DNA of 61,680 bases, counting the filler, from Hausera hauseri (Eukaryota), in assembly GCA_046269625.1 (NCBI GenBank). It is 9 parts of 9 records of this genome, joined end to end, with 100 filler letters (N's around TTAATTAATTAA, not from the genome) between each part and the next. Parts side by side here need not be neighbours in the genome. Positions count along the whole stretch, not along the records: positions 49,506 to 61,680 come from JBJURY010044443.1; 8 more parts are not named here. One strand, given 5' to 3'. Both the position numbers and the translations under genes were made by a program. The notes below the pieces were generated by a model, which was not told the DNA's origin, did not search any database, and saw only the letters and a list, made by a program, of their open reading frames with translations. Of the stretch, positions 52,501-61,680 are shown piece after piece; within the stretch, counting starts at the first letter, position 1, and every line of letters begins with the position of its first letter.

Positions 52501-55500
52501 TAAATTCCTCCCTGGGATATTCCTGTCAATGGTTCAAATTTTTGATTCCTTTGTAAGTTGATCAGGCTTAATGTCTCTGGATTAGATACTGGCTCTCTTT
52601 TTGGCATTCTGACCCATTTATTGTTATCAATCTTAAACATGGGTGACATATTAAATGTGCAATTGTATAATGGAGTAGGTTTCACGTTAACATCTAAAAG
52701 TATTCTTGTTACTGGCATAACATATCGTGGTTCCGCATGATAAATTACTGGTAGTTCCATAGTGCATTCATTCGTCGGTCGAATTGATACTTCTACTTTC
52801 TTGCATTCTATTGTTATCAATACCTCGCCCATCACTCTTCCAATAATTCCATCACCAAAGGGCATTACAGGAGCTACCATGTCCGGATTTGTTATTACTA
52901 GTGCCATTTTATTACGCACTATTTCATAGTTTAGCTTACACTCGTTCGTTATTATCTCACGGTATAAACTTCTAATTTCCTTTCTTACATAATTTATCAA
53001 GAAGTCGATCTTGTTATCGAAATATTGTGACAACTTTATATCTTTCTTATCGATTTTAGTTTTTGCACCGGGTATTTCTTTTCTTGATAAGAAGATACCC
53101 TTATAATTAGTTTTTGAGACTTCTTCATTACATTTCGTTGCTACTCCCGTGATCTTAAATCTCATCATGTCCTCCGGATTTTCTGAATATACAATCGTAG
53201 CTACCTCCGTCATCTTTACTTCCTTCGTTCCTTCTTTAAACGTTGCTGTCTCCTTTTCTGCCGTTTTTCCCACTGTCTTATTAAATTTTCCTTCTTTCAA
53301 CAGTGTTAGTTGACATTTGCTTACCGTGGTTTCCCACGTCATTTTCGATTCTCCGGTGTCGCATTCTCCATTGTCATATTCGCATTCGCTCATCGTTGTC
53401 ATTAGTTTTGTTTGTGAATCAAATAACGCTTCATATTCTTTCAACTGAATTTGGTAATCTTCGATAGCTACCGTTCTAGGTGCAATAGTACCTCCTACGT
53501 CGTAATCTACTCCCTTACACGTGCCTTCCCTAGTCTTATCTATTCTTCCTGCCCTGAAAATTCTGGTGTATTTTATTCGGTTTCTAACTGCCGGTATGTG
53601 GGCATTTTGTATCGTAATAATGCCAATCTTGAAAGCATCCTGACACTCCGCTCTTGATACTATAATCGGTTCAAAGGGTGTCGTAGGCTCAATTATAGCC
53701 GAGTTTCCGGAATAGTAAGCGCAGTTGAACAGGAAGAACGACCTTTTAACATAACATTCCCTAACCTTTGCTTTTATAAACTCCGATTCTTGATATACCC
53801 AATAAGTGAGACCACCTGTCGTTGTTAACCGTTCTGGATCAGCTTCTGGACACTTTTCCAAATCTACTAGTGAATATTTTTGACCTTCGCTGGGTTTAGA
53901 GCAATCATAAGCTACTATACCCACTGCTTTAGGCATAAGTAGCGATGTTATTAGGAGTATCTGTATAATTTCCATCATTGACATACCTGGTTTATTAATA
54001 CCTGGTTGCATCGGAGTTGGTGTCTCTATCAGTCTTTCTCGTTCTCCGGGCCTTATTGCATTAGTCATGAGGCTGGTTAACCATCCGCCTCTGCATTGAG
54101 CCCAATTTCCCAGTGTATCTTTCAATATTTTCACAACCGTCTGTATGTTCCGTTCTATCTCTTCTAAATTTTGAGTTTGATGGTTAATCACTATTATCTT
54201 GTATATGAGATATGATATAGCCGTTCTAGCTTTTTCTCGTGTAATCCCTGTGGCGAACATTTTCTCCAAAATATCCAACTCGTGTAATTCGTTTATTCGT
54301 TCCTCATCTAAATTCTCATAAAATTGCCTACTTATTCGAAGCATATTATTACGCAGGGTTGTAAATAATTCATCTGGGATTATTGTCTGCATGTCAAATG
54401 AAGCAAAGGACGTATGTAATTTGGCTAACAGCGTTCTTAATAATGGGTCTATGTCCACTGATTCAGACATGCCATCTGTTCCTGCTAATAGTAAACGTCT
54501 TACTATTTCCTCGTTCCTATCTTTCCTATTACGTATGTCACTTATTTTCGTTCCTTTTGGCCTACCTCTTCTTTTACCTTCTGTTTGGACTGTAACATAT
54601 CGTGCCTCTCCTATAGGAACTTCTTCAACTCTGTGTGGTTCCATTTCCCTCAAGATATCCTCCACTGTTGCTTGTGCTCGAGCTTCAGGATGTATTTCGG
54701 TTATAATTACCGGATTGTAATTCTCACTTCTACATCCTATTCTCAATAATTTATCATAATTATATAACGTCCTTCCGTAATAATTTAATCCATAGGGACT
54801 TCCTTGATAAAAAGGTTCAAGTTCCTCAATCTTCTCTCTTAAAGATTGTATATCATCTATTTCGTTCATCCTAATAACCCTCATATCTTGATTACCTTCT
54901 CTTACTGTTATCCGTATGACTTCATTTCTTCCTTTCTCGTCCTCAGCGGCTTTAGCTAATATCGTTCTTGCTATTTCTCTAATGGGATTGGTATCTTGAG
55001 CCAATAATACCAGTTTAGGTAAAATTTCCTTCATCTTTTCTATCGTTATTTTATTGTTAAGTATTTTTAGAATAGTGGTAGTCGTTCCATCCACATCGAT
55101 TATATTATCTGGATCGACAGTCATTACTGCCTGAATAATATCTTCTTCTTCGTCTAGGTCTACTCCTGGATTCCTTATTACTTCATCTAATACGGTATCG
55201 TCAAACATTGGCGTAACTTGAGTTTCTTCTGGACTAAATGAAGGTGAGGGTGTGCTAAGGCTTTTCTTTCTTCCTCTTTTCTTTTCTTTTACTACCTCTT
55301 CCCTCTCCGTTGATGTTTCTCTTGATTCGGTTTCTACATCAATTATTTTCCTATTGCTTTTCTTTCTTCCTCTCTGAGATACCTGTTTCTGTGGTTGATC
55401 TCCTATCATGTAAATACTGCTTTCCTTCAACCTTTGTTGTTGCCTTTTATATTCCTTTAATTCTATTTCTAATCGCTTTTTCATACGTGATGGTAACGTA

Positions 55501-56531
55501 TCATCGATGTAATTAGTACTCTCTTTCTTTTTATCTTTTTTCTTCACTTCAGATTCGCTAACACTATCCTCCGTCTCATATTCTTTATCGGAAGATTCAT
55601 CTGACGTTGTTAACGTATAGTCTTTCTTAGATGGTTTCTTCTTATTACTTGATTTTGAGGGATCTCCTTTACGTAATTTGCACGACTTGGCTATATGCCC
55701 ATATTTATTACAATTGAAACATTTTAATCTTCCTTCGGAATCAATATTGGGTAAGGATCGTCCATCTTTCTTGAACTTCTTTTTGTATCCTGTCTTCTCT
55801 CCATCATTCTTTAAATTAAACCTTACTTTCTTTTCTCCGTCCGACTCGGCCTCTGTAGCTGATGTCTGTGAGGGGCTTCGATTCCTATTATAACGTTGAT
55901 ACTTCTGTGTACTTTTTTGCTTATCGTCATTATTGTCGTAGTTTCTGGATTTGTTCCACTTATATAATTCAGCGTCTCGTTCGGCTTTACGTGCCTTTCT
56001 TATAGCCTCCTGGAAGGTAGACGGATCAGCCTGTAATATTATACTTCTTAATCTGCCTTCCAGTCCGTATTGGAATTGAGCCAACAGCGCATTACTTCTT
56101 ATTACTGCATCGGGGTACGCCCTTGCGGCTAGCTTTTCCAGTGCACAGACAAAATCTTGGACTGTCTCATCTTTTCGTTGCCTCCGTCTTATAAATTCTT
56201 CTATTCTCCCCTTTCCAGAGGGATCAACTAGAAATTTCTGAGGTAACTTATCTTTGACAGTCTTCCAATCTTTCTTTTCTTCTTCTGGCATCTGAAAGAA
56301 AATTGTTAATGCAGTTCCTTTTAGGTGAAGAGGTAACCTCTCCATCCTTTGTTGGTCATTCCATCCGAAGCTTTTTGAATATACCTCATATTCCATTATG
56401 AAGTCTTGCACATCTTCTTTTCCTGAAAATTTCTTCATCGGGAGGGTGAAATCAGCCTTTGACTGAATCACCTGTTCTACATTATGGTTAGCCATTGTTT
56501 CTTCTTCACTTAGGTCTCTCAAATATTCCAA
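49506..56531 (-). CDS. Polyprotein part 1: Gag (CA, CCHC 55680-55721), UBL (54684-54923), chuvirus-type glycoprotein (52141-53984), protease (DTG 51663-51671), dUTPase-like spacer, RT (YIDD 50364-50375), RNase H (~49580-49945)
   Basis: FSGKEDV..F..GW; CFNCNKYGHIAKSC; LLDTGS; SPWTAPVVMVKKKDG, CIDYRALN, DLQKGYWQ, MPFGLKN, YIDD; ATDAS, EKELLA, TDHRPL; no stop or frameshift. Confidence 0.96.
52141..53984 (-). other. Embedded envelope domain: internal signal peptide, Cys-rich Jingchuvirales/Monjiviricetes-type class III fusion glycoprotein, TM anchor
   Basis: MSMMEIIQILLITSLLMPKAVG/IVAYDC; EC.VK; GTCKG; NECKL...NPD.VA....G..GRVMGEV...C..VEVSIRPT.EC..ELPV.Y.....PVTRIL; GGIYT; TM FGQAASGFLAIYFII. 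Confidence 0.85.
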
Positions 56532-56635
56532 TCCGAAGGGTTCGTCTTTGTCTGGGTGATAAATCGTTCCTTTCCTAGTAGTAATGGTGGTACTTTCTTA
56601 ATCTAAAGGTCCTAAGATAAATCGAGAGATTAATT

Positions 56636-56654
56636 ATCCCGGGTCACGGCACCA
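56636..56654 (-). promoter_or_regulatory. Primer-binding site complementary to tRNA-His
   Basis: TGGTGCCGTGACCCGGGAT, 3 nt after ...TTAACA LTR end; close match to the tRNA-His PBS TGGTGCCGTGACTCGGAT. Confidence 0.9.
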
Positions 56655-56657
56655 GTT

Positions 56658-58875
56658 TGTTAAATACCCACTAATTTCTTTTATAAAGAACTTTTATAGG
56701 TACACTTAATTAGGGGGATTAACAAATATGTTCGTTTCGTTTGACCAGCAGAGGGTATAGATCGTGATTTCAGACGGTCTTACCTAACTATCAGTAGGTA
56801 ATGTGTTTTGTTTAAGTCAGTATTTCACGTTACCCACTAAGGATTATTATCCTATATATTATTTAATATTAAACGGGTGGTCGTCAGGTAGGGTTAGACC
56901 TGGTCGACCGAGAGCCAAGTTATTTGACGATTACTTATTTACTTTGGTTTAGTTAAATGAAACCAACAACGTTTATACAAAAATATAATTGATAAAATAA
57001 GAAAAATGATATAACGAAAAACAATGAAAGATTAGAATTCACCATAAGCAATACACTTACTAGAAGACATGTCGTATCGTACGATCAGAAATAAAAATTG
57101 TTCAAGTTTGTGGTGAAAATCCATTGTATTTATACTTAATCAAAAATCACATATTTGTCCATATTAGGACTAATAATGTATGTGCACAAAAATTAATATC
57201 CGAATTAAGACATTTTAAATACATAACATGAATATAACATGAATTAGAATGTCACATATTGATCAAGACATGACAGGATATTGTCATGAACATTTATTTG
57301 AACAGTATTTATTTGAATCAAAGGATGACCAGTTGAACAATGTTCATAAATGTTTATTTGAATCCAGGTAACAATGTTATTTGAATGTTTATTTGAATCA
57401 AATGTGATCAAAGGATGGGGGGCACAAGAAAATTGTCCCGAATTTTATAAGAGGAAGACAACTTGTTTCATTGATCGAGCGGGAGTGGTACGTGGATAAA
57501 TTTGTCAGAAGTCCTGCTTTTGTATCTGATTGCTTCTGGCTCATAGACCTCATCGTCAATCACCATTGTTTCGGCGGTTTGGAACTTTCTTTTTCTTCCA
57601 GCTGTGGTTGGTGTTATTAGCACCGTATCGGAGGCCGAGGCTTGAGTAATCATCTCATCAGTCCACTTGAGTTGCTTGTAGATAGCCTGGTAGCATTGTA
57701 CCAAGGCAGTACTTCGGAGTGGCATTCCACGGGTATCGTAGAATTTCTTAGCCAACTCCTTATAGGTATTTGTCGTCAATTGATACTTACGGATAGCCTC
57801 TTCGTGATAAAGAATATCGCGAACTCCGGCTATCCGTCTGATTGGGCATTTACAATGGTTGATTATCATCTCGAGAACGTCGGCTCCTATTATGACTTTA
57901 TCTGTTAGGACTTCTGTGATCTTCCGATAGAACTCATTCACGTCCATTTGATTATTGATGTGGGACTCTGCCAAACCCGTTAGGTGGGTGTCAAAATTAT
58001 TGATTCTTTGACGCGGAGAGATGACACTATAAAAAAGGGTTTGACCGTCCAATGTTATAACTGAGCACTCAATAGGTTGCATCTGGTTCCACTGGTCATA
58101 TGCTAGGTTGATCGCGGCTATGACCAAGTCCTGGTTTGTGACGTGCTGGAGTCTTCTATATGGGATTGTCTTGTATCGTAAATAATCGGGTTCGGGGAGA
58201 TAAAAACATTTTCCTTCGGGAATGATAGGTTGAAGAACCTCCTGTTTGATGATCTCAAAGGCTATCATAATCCTGTTGGTCAAAGAACGTACTTTTACTG
58301 TGTTGTTCTTTATGAATTGGTACTCGAAGGCAAGGGCGTGGTCTTGATCCATATTTATTAGGTCTCCTTGGATCGAGGTCTTACGATTGGTTGATTTAAT
58401 ATGAAACTTGCCAGCGATGTTATAAATGTTCATTGAATGATATCTTTCGGGTAATATGATCAGATCTTGAATGTAGAAAGACGTTGCTTTTGTTAACTGT
58501 ATCAGGGCCAATGATCTGTTGCTCATGCTATACCCTTTCAGGTTATTTGGAATTTGAGGTGTTTGAGGATAGTTGAGACTATAGGTATAGTCATTATGGA
58601 TTACATAGTATTGACTGTTTGGGTTAGCATTAATGAGGTGGGTTTTGGCGTTGCTGAACCAATGTTTTGATCGGGTTATCGATTGAACTTGACGATCCGT
58701 TGAAATTGATACTGAAAGAAGAAATGTCAATGGCAAATCATTGTAGGTATCTACATACAACACAACGGTTATCAAACACACAGTGGTAATCGTTGTAGTT
58801 TTAATTTTTACTTGATTTCTATAGGTAACCTGATGAAGTGTGGTTATCTTTGTCAAAAGGGTTGCATAATTAGCA
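56658..58875 (-). repeat. Candidate single (collapsed) LTR, ~2.2 kb, TG...CA, containing the pseudo-exonuclease ORF
   Basis: 3' end ...TATTTAACA fixed by the PBS; 5' end TGCTAATTA (7/9 inverted match) follows purine tract AAGAGTAGGGA (58877-58887); the 5' boundary is inferred. Confidence 0.55.
57125..57420 (-). promoter_or_regulatory. U3-like promoter/enhancer
   Basis: TATAAA (57129-57134), CArG box CCATATTAGG (57159-57168), repeated (TG)TTTATTTGAA forkhead-like units, two ATCAAAGG TCF/LEF-like sites (57317, 57407). Confidence 0.55.
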
Positions 58876-58892
58876 ATCCCTACTCTTAACCG
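57468..58892 (-). CDS. Accessory ORF with inactive DEDDh exonuclease-like domain; probably expressed by readthrough
   Basis: ECSVITLDGQTLFYSVISPRQRINNFDTHLTGL..L...EFYRKITEVLTDKVIIG matches the REX4/ISG20 fold pattern; Exo I DxE replaced by NLA; frame open up to the TGA at 58893-58895. Confidence 0.75.
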   Translation of the reverse strand, partial: RLRVGIANYATLLTKITTLHQVTYRNQVKIKTTTITTVCLITVVLYVDTYNDLPLTFLLSVSISTDRQVQSITRSKHWFSNAKTHLINANPNSQYYVIHNDYTYSLNYPQTPQIPNNLKGYSMSNRSLALIQLTKATSFYIQDLIILPERYHSMNIYNIAGKFHIKSTNRKTSIQGDLINMDQDHALAFEYQFIKNNTVKVRSLTNRIMIAFEIIKQEVLQPIIPEGKCFYLPEPDYLRYKTIPYRRLQHVTNQDLVIAAINLAYDQWNQMQPIECSVITLDGQTLFYSVISPRQRINNFDTHLTGLAESHINNQMDVNEFYRKITEVLTDKVIIGADVLEMIINHCKCPIRRIAGVRDILYHEEAIRKYQLTTNTYKELAKKFYDTRGMPLRSTALVQCYQAIYKQLKWTDEMITQASASDTVLITPTTAGRKRKFQTAETMVIDDEVYEPEAIRYKSRTSDKFIHVPLPLDQ

Positions 58893-59450
58893 TCAGCTGG
58901 GGTTACCCGTAGCTGACGGATTTGTTATATCTCGTAAGTTGATTCGTATCCAATTTTGTTTCCTCCTACATTGTTTTCGTATCACTTTAAACAATATTAT
59001 TATTATTATCACACTTATTATAGGGACTATTAAACTTGTTATGATTATTTCTAAGCGAGAATATGTATACGTAGCTCTAGGTGGTTTTTTGGTGGTACTG
59101 TCTTTAATCGTGCTTACTCTATTTGATAATTTTACTTTATTACTTTTCGTGATTGCAGATAATACTTTCGTAGAAATTATTTTATTGTTGTCATCTAGCA
59201 ATTGCAGAATAACTGTATATCTCATATCAGACTCCAAGGCTGCACATGGCGCTATAAGGTCGTCAGGGGTTATCATTCCTTTAGCCACTATAGTATCTTT
59301 TTTCTTGCAGCTGAATTTTATTTTTGTAAAATCAAACTCTGGTTTTACAGAGATGATTAGTGCTGTTGGAGCTGCTATAACGGTTACATTGTCCCATATA
59401 GAACGTTTCTGCCGATAATACGAAACATAAGGTTTAACTATAATAGTCAT
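58893..59450 (-). CDS. Type I membrane protein module: furin site, FN3-like domain, Thr-rich stalk, TM, basic tail
   Basis: RQKR/S; LESDMRYTVILQL; STTKKP; IIITSLIVPIISVIIIIILF then KVIRKQCRRK. Confidence 0.75.
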   Translation of the reverse strand: MTIIVKPYVSYYRQKRSIWDNVTVIAAPTALIISVKPEFDFTKIKFSCKKKDTIVAKGMITPDDLIAPCAALESDMRYTVILQLLDDNNKIISTKVLSAITKSNKVKLSNRVSTIKDSTTKKPPRATYTYSRLEIIITSLIVPIISVIIIIILFKVIRKQCRRKQNWIRINLRDITNPSATGNPS

Positions 59451-61603
59451 ATTTTTTTATCAGGTGAGGATTGCACAAATGGTGTCGTGACTTTATCTTG
59501 TATATCGTCGTATTCTTTTTGGTTTTTATATCGTATGAACATCGTCGGGCCTTTCTTTTGTAATCTATTTTCAACTTTTCCATATTCTTTTCGTGACAGA
59601 GTATATTTTACTTCGTATATTTTCCCTCTAATTACATTGCAACAGACTCGTTGATGCTCGTCCGTTAATTCGCATCTCCCTATTCTTTGTTTCCCTCCAA
59701 TTTCTTTTATGGATATGGTTATCCATCGGATGTATTCTAACTCTATCATACTTCTTACCTCTAGACAACTTCTTCCGCTCTTAAATCCCATTGGTTTCAT
59801 TTTTAATTGTGCTAGAATTATTTCGTCACGCCATGACTCGTTCATTTCTTTTCTGTTGGGGATTCGTATATATTTGTAAAATTTGGTATATAGACTATAA
59901 TAATGATCCTCTTTCTTCTTTAGGAGTGTTAAATATATTCCATGCATTCCAGAAGTGTCTATGGGACATTGTGTTTCATTTGTTTCTGAATGAAGAATAC
60001 AATTATCGTGTCTTCCACCGGGACTTCTTTCATAACCGGAGATTGGGTTTATTTGCATCTTTATAATATATTCGCCGAATATCTGTCTGGTAGTGTACCA
60101 AATCATACATTTGCGACCTGTCATGGAGTATGTCATTCGATATTTCAAACTTTTCAACCATAAATCTTCATTTATGGCCGTGGCGTGCCGTATTTTGGCT
60201 TGTTCGACTTCTTGAGGGGTCATCTGTCCAAATACATAAGGAAGTAAGATGATCAATATCAATAAATTCTTTAGTAGCCAATGTAAGTTATAAGTCGAGT
60301 TTTTTATCTGCGCCTTTTCTTTGATACTTAATACTATTTCTTTTTCGCCCTTCCTTAGCTCACTGTCTTGCGGTGCTAATTTACATCTATTAACATGAAC
60401 CTTTATAGACGTGTTATTTTTCTTAATGCAAATGTTTGGTAAATCTACTTTTTCTACCTCATACGGCCCTTTGTATGGTCTATCCAATTTAGATGTTTTT
60501 CCCTTTTTAATCGTAGGTGAGTGTAACATTACTCGATCGCCTATTTTAATCTTGGGCTGTTCTGTCTTTTTGTCATAATATTTCTTATATTTCAACTTAT
60601 ACTCCTTTTGATTATCACCAATTATTCTATATGCCAGTTGGAGACGTTCTTGCATTAGCTGTTTATAGTCTTCTACCTCCATTAGATGAGAAATTGGTTT
60701 TACGTTAAAATCCAGATCAATTGGTATTCGTGCGTCTCGTAAGAACATTAAATAGAAAGGTGTTTCTTTAGTAGCCTCGTGGACCGATGTTCGGTTCACA
60801 AAAACGCATGCATTAATGTATTCATCCCAATCATCTTGTCGAGTATTGACCACTGTTTGTAATTTCCCCTTTAAATCTCCAATATATCTTTCGACCATTC
60901 CATTATTTTCTGGATGTCCTGGCGTGGATCGTAACTTTAGTATTTTTAAAATATTGTATATGGCTTGCATTACAGTTCCCGTTAAATTTGATGCTTGATC
61001 AGTCAAGAGAATCCTTGGGGCTCCGTAATTAAATATTATATTTTCCACGAATTTCTCGGCAATGGTGTCTGCTTTCATGTCAGCCATAGGTATGGCAACG
61101 ACCCACCGGGTAAAATAGTCGATAAAAACCAATATATACTTATTTCCATTCCGCGTTAATGGTAATGGTCCTGTTACATCCATCGCAGTAAACTCGAAAG
61201 GAGCTGGAGGGTTATCCCATACTTTTAGTGGAGCTTTAAATTTTGATCCCGTATTTTTCCTGGTAGCGCACAGTTTACAGCTTACACACCACTCCTGCAC
61301 ATCTTTCGTTATCGTAGGCCAGAAATATTTTCGTTTTAATTTGTTTAGCGTCTTATTGGCCGATTGGTGTCCTCCAAGTAATCCATCATGATATTGTGTT
61401 AATAGAACTGCTCTATTTTTCTGTGGAATCACTAGTGCAGGTCCGTTTTGACTAAGGAAATACAAAAATCCTTCTTTTTCCTCATATGCTTCGCTAAATC
61501 GAGCCAGATGTCGGGCTAAGTCTCGATCTGCTGGTATAGTTTTATCCTTTATAAATTTTCTGATAGCCCTTATCTCGATATCTTCGCTTTGATTGGCCTT
61601 AAT
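59447..61603 (-). CDS. Polyprotein part 2 (continuous with 49506-56531): integrase (HHCC, DDE, GPY/F) plus internal signal peptide and Cys-containing ectodomain
   Basis: HDGLLGGH..CVSCKLC; MDVTGP, LTDQAS, NGMVER; YKGPY; LHWLLKNLLILIILLPYVFG/Q at ~60228-60287. Confidence 0.93.
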   Translation of the reverse strand: MKANQSEDIEIRAIRKFIKDKTIPADRDLARHLARFSEAYEEKEGFLYFLSQNGPALVIPQKNRAVLLTQYHDGLLGGHQSANKTLNKLKRKYFWPTITKDVQEWCVSCKLCATRKNTGSKFKAPLKVWDNPPAPFEFTAMDVTGPLPLTRNGNKYILVFIDYFTRWVVAIPMADMKADTIAEKFVENIIFNYGAPRILLTDQASNLTGTVMQAIYNILKILKLRSTPGHPENNGMVERYIGDLKGKLQTVVNTRQDDWDEYINACVFVNRTSVHEATKETPFYLMFLRDARIPIDLDFNVKPISHLMEVEDYKQLMQERLQLAYRIIGDNQKEYKLKYKKYYDKKTEQPKIKIGDRVMLHSPTIKKGKTSKLDRPYKGPYEVEKVDLPNICIKKNNTSIKVHVNRCKLAPQDSELRKGEKEIVLSIKEKAQIKNSTYNLHWLLKNLLILIILLPYVFGQMTPQEVEQAKIRHATAINEDLWLKSLKYRMTYSMTGRKCMIWYTTRQIFGEYIIKMQINPISGYERSPGGRHDNCILHSETNETQCPIDTSGMHGIYLTLLKKKEDHYYSLYTKFYKYIRIPNRKEMNESWRDEIILAQLKMKPMGFKSGRSCLEVRSMIELEYIRWITISIKEIGGKQRIGRCELTDEHQRVCCNVIRGKIYEVKYTLSRKEYGKVENRLQKKGPTMFIRYKNQKEYDDIQDKVTTPFVQSSPDKKI

Positions 61604-61680
61604 TTTTTTTGTTGATCCATCCATACTCCATACAGACGCGACTACTGCTTTCTGTGTTTCTGTTTTATCAGGTATTCTCG

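Larger units (their letters stand above)
49506..61680 (-). mobile_element. Intact env-bearing Ty3/Gypsy-type LTR element (invertebrate endogenous retrovirus-like), circularly permuted, 12,098-bp unit
   Basis: All retro domains in one frame, tRNA-His PBS, candidate PPT/LTR; contig ends overlap by 77 bp so the ORF continues across the junction. Confidence 0.95.

Noticed and set aside
57410-57422. AAAGGATGGGGGG as the element's PPT
   Set aside because: It is on the plus strand, opposite to the element's coding strand

Overview
Eukaryotic, AT-rich, mobile-element-rich DNA made of nine contigs joined by 100-nt N/TTAATTAATTAA/N linkers (contigs 1-5873, 5974-10445, 10546-16725, 16826-24277, 24378-28477, 28578-35141, 35242-42282, 42383-49405, 49506-61680). 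The last contig is the highlight. It is a circularly permuted, apparently intact 12,098-bp Ty3/Gypsy-type LTR element with a 77-bp terminal overlap. One uninterrupted ~3,060-aa frame reads Gag(CA, CCHC) - ubiquitin-like domain - AT-hook/helical region - internal signal peptide + chuvirus-type (class III, gB-like) fusion glycoprotein + TM - protease - RT - RNase H - integrase - second internal signal peptide + ectodomain. It is followed by an AUGA-overlapping furin/FN3-like/TM ORF. That ORF ends in UGA-CGG, in frame with a catalytically dead DEDDh (ISG20/REX4-like) exonuclease ORF that appears to lie inside a ~2.2-kb LTR. Diverged relatives of the glycoprotein, the pre-glycoprotein domain and the pseudo-exonuclease occur on two other contigs, pointing to a family. 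The rest is mostly decayed: a BEL/Pao gag carrying a UBL, other Gypsy copies, piggyBac, mariner, LINEs, a Polinton/adintovirus capsid module, a foldback-like element, satellites, host-gene pseudogenes (receptor guanylyl cyclase, AMP deaminase, CNOT4-like) and a probable fish cystin-1 exon. All family assignments come from motif recognition by eye; no database search was run.
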